DNA of 64,000 nt from Marsupella aquatica. Lineage: Eukaryota > Plantae > Marchantiophyta. This document shows positions 54,981 through 64,000 of the stretch, one piece after another (the stretch's first letter is position 1; each line of letters begins with the position of its first letter). The notes under the pieces are model-generated. The model did not search any database and was not told the origin of the DNA. It saw only the letters and a list, made by a program, of their open reading frames with translations. The position numbers and the translations under genes were made by a program. Where the stretch lies: the NCBI GenBank assembly GCA_973895155.1, contig OZ316895.1, positions 20,970,803 to 21,034,802 on the forward strand, written 5' to 3'.

Positions 54981-57900
54981 AGGAGCGCAATCTGGATCAT
55001 ACATTGTTCTTTCTTCGTGTTTTTCTTCGGTTCATTTGGTTGGCTGCTGGGCTTTGGGAGGTGGCAATTGGTAGTCATTTCGGGTTCTGTAAATGACACT
55101 CAGATGTGTATTTTCTTCTATGGTAAAGTGTATGGAATTGGTGTATTAGTGTCATGCAATGCCTGCCCTAAGAATTAAGGACTAAAGCAAAGATAGAGGC
55201 TAATTAATGCGGATTAGCTTCCATAAGCTGAAGGCTGCCTGTCCGTTGCCCACCTTGCCCGATGCTGATATCTAAATATATAGTAGGCGCGGAAGTTTCA
55301 GGTCACCAGCTGCTGGTACGCTTGCTGGTAGAGCAGCTGACTTGGGTGAGGCAGGTCCTGGGGGCGAACTTTGGGGGTAAGCACCTCTTTTTACAATCAT
55401 CCCACCCAAAAGTGGGGTACATTCATACTCTAGTTATCATTGAAAAAATGTGAAAATTTTACAAGTGTGGAAGGCAAGCGCGGGCAGCGGCAGCAATCAA
55501 GTACATCAATCTTGTGTTTCGTTCTGAATCCCTAAGAGCCTCACCACAGGTTATTAATGTCATGCAGTGCTGCCCTAATTAAGAGGCCTCCCACAGTCCT
55601 CCGGTTAACGACCTAGGGTGGGATGTGTACCATAAATCTTCTAGGTTCTTGAAACTTTAATAGAACGTCTCAAAGCTGCAAAGTTGCTGACTATGGTTTT
55701 TGACCAAACACAAATGGGCCATAGCACTTTCACAGGGTTACGCAAAAGTTTGTGTTTTTTGTGGGTGGTTTTTTCACTAGCCTCGACAACTACTGTACTT
55801 ATGTCATGACCAATCTTTATGGCGATGTCCATCAAATTTTGAGGTTTGAGACCCCTTAATAGGAGCATGTTGAAGGGTGGGACTCCATTGGGAGCATGGA
55901 ATTGGTGGTCATCTCAGCTTTTATAAGGAACTCAGATGTGTAACCTTCACTGTAAAGTGTAAACACCCTTCTTCTTGGATCAAACTTTAAAAAACCTGTA
56001 AAAAAAGGAAAGACCCACCTCTAGAGAAGCCAGTTGCAGAGTATTGGAGGGTTGGGACTAAGATTTGGTGGTAGTCTTAGCTTGTGTAATCCCACTGGAT
56101 ATGTAGCCTTCACTACAGAGTGTCAACAGTTTCTTCTAGGTTCAAACTTCAAAGACCCTAGGAGGAAGCACAACCAAGAGAGGATATTCATTGACTATTG
56201 CTAGTACACTGTATTCACCTTGGTAGGCATGTCTCATGTATAGGATAACTACCATTTGGGCGTAGGCTAGGGTTACTTGAGTGTAATCCTACAACCAGAA
56301 AATGAAGAAAGTTGACTTGCGGTAGCCGGGAAGCTTTTCTGAGTATTCATGGAGTAGAATTCAAACTAGAACCTAGAGTATAACCCCAGCCCATACAATC
56401 ATTATAGAACATAAATTACAATTATGACTTTCTGGGCAGTAGATTATGGAAATTGCATGGACCTCTAGAAACCGTTAAGGGCATTGGTTGACTATAAGAG
56501 CATTTGGGCCAATCGAAATGTGTCATATCATCACTTTATGTCTCATAATGTGACTATACGGTTTTGAGGTATTCATACGTCATCATTTTCTGGAATATGC
56601 AAAGAAGGTACAGTCATGGTGTGTGTCAGACAGTATGGGTCCTGTCTATTGTCTGTGCCAGAACATTTCTGGCCTGTTTGTGGCAGGCATGTCCTTAACG
56701 TTGGCCAATGGGCTTGTGGTGGACCATTATGCATATACGGTCTCTTGTATGTCTCCCCGCGTACACGGGTTGACATACGGTCGACCTTTATACGCAGTAA
56801 TGGTCCATGCCAAGACCATTACCCTATACGTTATTCCATGCCGAATATACGACTCTAAAAAGTGAAGGGCACAAGTGAGTGGTTTTGGCAGGTATGGGGC
56901 ATAGTCACATTAAACCACAACTTGGGGTATAAAGGGACCCCGATCCTTGCCCGAGTGCATGCCATTCTGCCCGAGTTGGGCACAGTCCCTATCACAGATC
57001 CCATACCCGGCCGCTGCAGGGCCCACCCACCTGGCTCCCGATCAGACCTCCCCACCAGCCCTAGAGTGAGGAGAGTACGCAGCAATGCCTCCCAGGACCT
57101 TGTGCTGCCATAGCCAGCCTCCTCCCAGGATGACCACGAGCTGCCATCGCCAGCCTCCTCCCAGGACTTCGTGCTACCATTGCCAGCTTTGCAGCTTGCT
57201 GCTGCCCATAGCTCTACCTTGCTGCTGCCCATAGCTCACCTCGTTGGTGCCATCATTTGTCGAGTGTACAATCAAGTAACCATGTGACAACAGTCGAGTG
57301 TGTCCTATCCTATCCAAGTAGAACTCTAAGGTCCTCCCACTCATCCCACCGATCAAGTGGGACCCGGATTTTGGGCTTGGCATCCGGTCTTCGCCTCTTC
57401 TTGTAACTGATGTCATCACTTGGATATCGCTGCCTTGGTGGACCACCTCCCCGTGGGGGGCATTTCCGCCTCCCATCCAGAAGGTGGGGGGGGGGGTGAC
57501 CCGACATACTCATACTAGCCTATCATAAAACCTACACTAAAAAAAGACTTATAAGCTCTAGAAAGGAGACTGGATGTCAAGCCCAACCCGGTAAGCGACG
57601 ACAAAGTTGCACCAAAAAAATCTCAAGTTGAACACAATTAGAACAAACAACTACTAAGATGTGACAATATATAGAAATTGGGGAGGACAATGAGGCCTGA
57701 ATGCAAGCACACCGGCTCTTTGGCCCCTGCCAACCCTCTACCCCTCTTCCCCATTGGCTACATCCTGTTAGATACTCGTCGTCCGAAGCAATTATTTTCT
57801 AACCCTAACAACTTCCCTAAGTCGTCGCCGCCCAACTCGCGGTTCGGAATTGTATTCCGCCACCCACATAGGCAAGTGCACATAGTAGCTGCCAAAAAGG

Positions 57901-58128
57901 TCCATTCTCACACAAGACGTAAGCAAGTTTTGATCCTAGGACCTTGAGTTCCCAGGCAGGAACTTGAACCAAAAAAAGGGAAATCTTTGAGGATAGATTG
58001 GCGAAAACTCATTATAAAGCAATGAAGGCCGCCCAGACCCTCTTTGGCCACCACTGCCCACACACCCAAGGCCTGCCCTGGCCGACCAGATGAATGTCTG
58101 CCTGCACCCGCAAAGGAGCCCTGCCACA

Positions 58129-58454
58129 TGTGGGGAGAAATCAGATCAGGAAAAACACTCCAAACATGCACGTGCTCAATAGTTACATGGTTCGCCTCAA
58201 GGTTGGCTACGTCCACAGGAAGACCAAGCTTTATTAGCGGTTATGTGTGTACTCAAGCATCACCATAGCTCTCATCTCTTCAAGCTCTCATCTCTTGCTA
58301 TATCCCTGTGTTCTCTCTTGAGAACTCTCTTGTGTGTGTTCTCACACCACATACAAGTTGAAGAGATAAGGATCAATCTCTTCAACTAGGGTTTACTCTA
58401 ACCCTAGTTAACATCCTAACCATAGTTCAACCCAAGACTGAGTTAACCTCTACA
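58129..58454 (-). repeat. 3' LTR (326 bp)
   Basis: Matches 63854-64000 with 3 mismatches in 147 bp and lies next to the PPT. Confidence 0.93.
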
Positions 58455-58646
58455 AACTCCCCCTTGACTCACGTCTTGGGAGGGTTCATAATATTGTCTT
58501 TTCCTTACAAGTTCCTCCGCGGGAAGTTCAAGACAGTAAGGCCAAAAGGCCCTCCCCCTAATGCAAGGGTTAACTAGAACTAAGCCGTAGCCGATAAGCC
58601 ATCGGATGGAGTACTCATATAGAGACATTTTCTTGGTTAACTCTAT

Positions 58647-61600
58647 TTACAATATTTGTAAATAATTACAATGCCTTGAAAAACTATTGGAGTCTAATAC
58701 TTTGGTAAAAGCATCCGCTGGATTAAGCTTTCCATCAATCTTGACAAGCTCAAATTCATCATCCGATAATGCCTGTCGGATGAAATGATAGCGGACATCA
58801 ATGTGCTTTACCCTGCCATCCATCACCTGATTCTTGGCAGTGTAAATTGCACTTTGACTGTCACAATGAAGATACACAGAATCTTGTGATAAGCCCATCT
58901 CTTTGACAAGCTTTTTCAACCAAATGGTCTCTGATGCTGCTTCTGCTGCCGCTACATACTCGGCATCCATAGTAGACTTTGCAACACACTTTTGGAGAGT
59001 AGACTTCCAACTAATGCATCCACCAGCAAGTGTAAATACATATCCAGTTGTTGATCTCCTCTTATCCAGATCACCTGCGTAGTCTGCATCCACATAACCT
59101 TGAAGCACTTTCATATTGTTTGAACTTGCATCAAACAATAAACCCTTCTTAGTGGAACCTCTGATGTAGCGCAAAATCCATTTCACTGCTTCCCAATGGA
59201 CTTTTCCTGGATTTGCCATGTATCTGCTTACCTTGCTAACGGCATAAGCTATGTCTGGTCGGGTGCATACCATGAGATACATTAAACTGCCCATAGCACT
59301 TTCATAAGGAACTTTGGACATCAAACTTTTTTCTGTTGCATCCGATGGACAAAATGCTGCAGAAATATTGAAATGCCTTGCCAAAGGAACACTCACAGCC
59401 TTAGCATCTGCCATGTTGAATTTTGAGAGCACCTTCTCTGCATATCTTTTTTGCGTCAGCCAAAGTTTGGCTTTGTTCACATCCCTGACAATCTCCATGC
59501 CTAGGATCCTCTTGGCTGTGCCCAAGTCCTTCATCTTAAACTCAGAACTGAGTTGGGCCTTAAGCTTATCAACTTCGCCCCTATCATTTGCTGCAATGAA
59601 CATGTCATCCACATAAAGTACAAAGATGACAAACTTAAAACTTGTGTTGTTCACACGCCTGATATAAACACATGGATCGTACACGCTTCGCACAAATCCA
59701 AGCGATTTCAAAAATTCATCAAAACGCTTGTTCCACTGCCTTGGGCTCTGCTTTAATCCATACAAGGATTTTAGCAATCTGCATACCAAATTTTCCTTGC
59801 CCTTTTGTACAAAACCCTCTGGTTGTCTCATGTAAATCACCTCATCCAACGATCCATATAAGAATGTCGTGACAACATCCATTTGATCTAAAACTAGATC
59901 AAATAAAACTACAAGAGCACATAGCAAACGTATTGTTGAATACTTTGCTACGGGTGAAAAAACCTCATTGTAGTCTATACCTTTCTGTTGAGTAAAACCC
60001 TTGGCTACCAACCGAGCCTTAAATATCTTCTCAGCATCCTCCGTGGGTCCATCTTTCTTTCTATACACCCACTTGCTGTCAACAGCCTGCTTGTCACTAG
60101 GTAGACTTGTGAGTTCCCAAGTCTTGTTATCATGAAGTGATTTCATTTCCATGCGCATCGCCGCCTGCCATTGTTGCTTCTCCATAGAAGCTAGGACCTC
60201 TTGAAATGAGGATGGATCTCCATCTTCTATCACCAATGCATCAATAGATTCTTCATCCAAATCCACTTGATCAGAAGGAAGCCAAGTTCCATACCTTTCT
60301 CGGGCTTGATGTTTGCGAGTTCCTCTTCGCACTGAAGACTCTGGCTGATCTGATTGTAGTGTGCTTTGCCTTACAGTGGTGTCAACATATTCTTCATCTG
60401 ACACATCCTTTCCCCTTAAATCCTCTAGAGGAGAAGATTGCTCTTTGTTAGTAGTAGGGAATTGATCTATCTCCCCCTCCTTCAATGATTTTTCTTCATT
60501 GAAGGATACATCCCGACTAACAAGTAACTTGCAATCAACTGGATCCCACAACCGATAACCTTTAACTTCACGCTGATAACCAAGAAAAATGCATTTCTGG
60601 GCTCTAGGATCTAGCTTAGTCCTATTGTTGCTAGGAACATGTGCATATGCTTCACAGCCAAAAACCCTAAGCTTTGAATAATCAGCAGGTCGATTGTGCC
60701 ATAACTCAAAGGGGGTTTTGTAAGTAATTGCTCGACTAGGAGAGAGATTTACTAGATAAGCAACAATGTTCACAGCTTCCGCCCAAAAGATTTGTGGCAA
60801 TTTAGAGTGGCTCAACATGCTCCTTGCTTGCTCCAACAATGTGTGGTTGAGTCGCTCAGCAACACCATTTTGCTCAGGAGTGTACACAGTTGTGAGATGG
60901 TGAGTAATTCCCTTATTTGTACAATACGTGTTGAACTCGCCAGAGGTGTATTCACCACCATTATCTGATCGTAGATATCTCACATTCTTTGCAGTCTGTG
61001 TCTCAACTTGAGCTACCCATTGTTTGAAGATGGAAAGCACTTCAAACTTATGGGCAATGAAATAAATCCAAACAAATCTTGAGTAATCATCGATAAACGA
61101 TACATAGTATTGTTTGTCTGAATGCGAGGAAACCGGAGCAGGACCCCACACATCGGAATGAATATACTCAAGTACAACTTTAGAATGATGAATAGCAGTC
61201 GGAAATGGAGTTCTTGTTTTCTTGCCGATAATGCAATGATCACAAAAACTCAACTTGCATGCTTGCAATCCTGGTAGGAGATGTCGCTTGTGTAAAATTT
61301 CCAAACTTTTTTCACTCATGTGACCAAGCCGAGCATGCCATAAATTAATTTTCTCCTCCTGAGATGTGACCAAATTGACTTCGGCAGGAAGGGTGGTGCC
61401 TTCCAAGACATAGATGTTTCTTTTCCTCTTGCCAATAAGAACTTCAGTTGATCCATGCGTGACTGTTAACACCCCATCAGTTGCACTCCATTGATAACCC
61501 TTCGCATCCAAGTAGCCAAGAGAAATCAAATTCTTACACATTTCTGGAATGTGTCTGACATTTGATAGAGTACAGTACTTGCCACCAGATAGTTGAATCT

Positions 61601-62681
61601 TTACGGATCCAATCCCTAAAACTTTGCAAGAATGATTATTTCCCATCAAAACAGATCCGTTGATAGGAGTGTAGGATGAGAAAAATTCACGCATATAACA
61701 CATGTGATACGAGCAAGCGGAATCCAAAATCCATTGACAATCCTCAACTTGGGAAGTGGTACACAATGCAAATCCTTCACTATCCTTTTCTCGAACAACT
61801 ACTTGGGCTGAAGAACCGGCAACTTCCTTGAATGTATCTTTGACGCGACAATCCTTCTTCATGTGGCCCACTTTATCACACTTCCAACACTTTATCTCAC
61901 GAGTAGACTTGGATGGTGATTTGGATCAAGATCTAGATCTGGATCTAAACCTCCTCCTACCAAAAGATCGGTCGTGGAACCTTCCTCGCTCCATGGGAAG
62001 TGGGTTAAACCTTTTGTTTTCATGAGATGGCTCCCTTGATTTGCCTCTTTCTACCAACAATGCTGTTGATGATGAGGTTGAGGTAGGATGAGCTGAAGAA
62101 ACCAACTTAGACTGCATGTCATCGGTCAACAGGGCACTCACCACATCATTGTAGGATATAGTTGTCTTATCACGGAATAGAAGAACTCGAGACAAAGATT
62201 GGTACGAAGGTGGTAGTGAGCTCAAGAGTTGTAAGGCTTTCTTTTCTTCGCTCAAATGCTCCCCCAAATTCTCTAGGTCAACCACAAGATCATTGAACTG
62301 ATCGATATGATCTTGAATCTTGACTCCATCAGCCATTTTGAATTGCATGAGCTTCAGGCTTGCATACATTCGGTTTGACATCTCCTTCTTGTAGTACTTG
62401 TTGCGCAATGCTTGAAACAAGTCCGTCACTGTTTGTGTTGATTTTTCCTCGAACTGCTTCTTCACATTGTTTTTCAGGTACATTCCAACAATGCTTACCG
62501 CTTGATCCTGAAGATCATGCCAATCATCATCTTCCATCTCCTTGGGTTGAGATCTTAGTACCTTGCCTAGGCCCATCGCCCTAAGTGCATCCCTCACATT
62601 ACGTTCCCACATTGTATAGTCCATCCGACCATCAAATTTTTCCACCTCAAACCTTTGACCTCCAATCCTAGTAGTCGCCAT
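58647..62681 (-). pseudogene. Copia gag-pol polyprotein interrupted by one in-frame TGA at 61926-61928
   Basis: Gag ORF 61926-62681 and pol ORF 58647-61871 are in the same frame. CCHC knuckle CWKCDKVGHMKKDC, protease WILDS, integrase HSDVWGP/RSDNGGEY, RT LYVDDM, RNase H VDADYAG/KHIDVRYHF. Confidence 0.9.
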
Positions 62682-63853
62682 CGCTAGAATGCCAAATGTA
62701 GTGTGGAGTTGCCTTCCAACAAGAAATAAACGTCGAATGCTCAGATGCGGGGTGTGAAAATAAGGCCAAAAATGAAAGTTGGTGAATTTTGAAACTGATC
62801 ACTCTTGTGTGTAGCCCACAAGGTAACGCTCCAAATGCTGAAAACGGTTTGTCAAACGGACTCTCGAGTGCCTAGAATTTTTACTCTGACCGGAGGGGGG
62901 TAAAAAATGAAATAAATACCCCTCGAGGGAATCTTTTATGCCAAAGATTCCACTAGTATGCGTTTCCAAAATTGAGCACACCAATGCTTGCCTAGCTTCC
63001 CCAAGTACACCTCTCCAAAAGTTGAAGTTGATTCGATTTTGTTTGCCGCTCAGAATCTTTGACCTTCGGTAAAAATTTAAGCCTTTGGAAAAGGAATCTT
63101 TTCGGGAAATTTCGTCCGCCCTTGTACAGCCCCTGTGGGGGAAATTCACAGGGGGCACTTCCCCCTGCCCGAGCCCTGTCGAGCCCTAAAAGGCCTCCTC
63201 GAAGTTTTTGACCTCCTCGCGCGTCCGCGGAAGTCGCGACTACTCGCGGCAGAAAGTACCCCTCGGCGAATTCACTCAAATTCCCGTCTCAGTTTTTGAC
63301 GAAATCCAATTCTAATTCAGATTCAGAAACTAGACTTTGAGGGCATCAAGATCGATATAAAGAACTCGCAAAACGGTGGAGTAATGAGGGAGAAACGATT
63401 CATTGAAAGTGACTGATATTAAGTTATCCGCCATAGCCAAAATTTCGAGCTCAAAAAAATGAGAATTGAAATTAAGATTACTTCTCAACCGTTTGACGAA
63501 ATCCAGCGATGTTGATATCGAAACGTCTAGAAAGACGAGGCGCTCAAACGTGTCTCAGTTTCAAGTCCCGATAGAACAATCAAAAAGACTGATCTGAGAA
63601 ATTGACCTTATCTCTTGCCCGATAACGCAAATTGAAAACTGTCACTTACAATTGTTTCCGTTTTTGACCTCAGGCCTTTATTGTTTCACTGAAATGAGCC
63701 CCTGGTTGTGTGCTCCACACTTGTGAGAAGATTGAGTCCGATCTTCTTCCAATAGCTCCGCTTTGAAGAGGAAATCATCCGTTGTTCGCTTTGCTTGAAG
63801 CAAGTTCTATGGAGTTCCTAATCGACTGAAAAAGTCTGAGCTCTGATACCAAT

Positions 63854-64000
63854 TGTGGAGAGAAATCAGATCAGGAAAAACACTCCAAACATGCACGTGC
63901 TCAATAGTTACGTGGTTCGCCTCAAGGTTGGCTACGTCCACGGGAAGACCAAGCTTTATTAGCGGTTATGTGTGTACTCAAGCATCACCATAGCTCTCAT
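63854..64000 (-). repeat. 5' LTR (partial)
   Basis: Homologous to 58129 onward and adjacent to the PBS. Confidence 0.93.

Larger units (their letters stand above)
58129..64000 (-). mobile_element. Ty1/copia LTR retrotransposon (5' LTR truncated by the window end)
   Basis: LTR 58129-58454 (TG...CA), PPT at ~58455-58466, PBS complementary to tRNA-iMet (TGGTATCAGAGC) at 63840-63851, second LTR from 63854. Domain order is gag-PR-IN-RT-RH. Confidence 0.97.

Noticed and set aside
54409-55099. Pro-rich ORFs overlapping the PsaH 5' region
   Set aside because: By-product of the C-rich promoter. The real frame starts at ATG 54599.
56855-57513. ORFs with short SWEEAG repeats beside the copia LTR
   Set aside because: Short ~39-bp repeats, probably an unclassifiable TE remnant with no recognisable domain.

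Overview
Eukaryotic land-plant nuclear DNA with GT-AG spliceosomal introns. The protein sequences look non-seed-plant, possibly bryophyte-grade (inference only). Six spliced genes were reconstructed by hand: an intron-poor adenosine kinase (-), a MAK/MHK-type (CDKF;4-like) kinase with a long uORF-rich leader (-), sucrose-phosphate synthase (-), a Tm-1-like UPF0261/TIM-barrel protein (+), phosphopantetheine adenylyltransferase (-, absent from the ORF track) and PsaH (-). The right end holds a nearly intact Ty1/copia element with one in-frame TGA in gag; its 5' LTR runs off the window. Intergenic DNA contains several tandem repeats and a candidate tRNA-derived SINE family. The most unusual structure is at 13.3-19.7 kb: short TA-flanked GGGYRTCTCAAA-TIR elements that abut or nest beside each other's termini, suggesting a self-targeting MITE family. 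No prokaryotic-type system or CRISPR array is supported.
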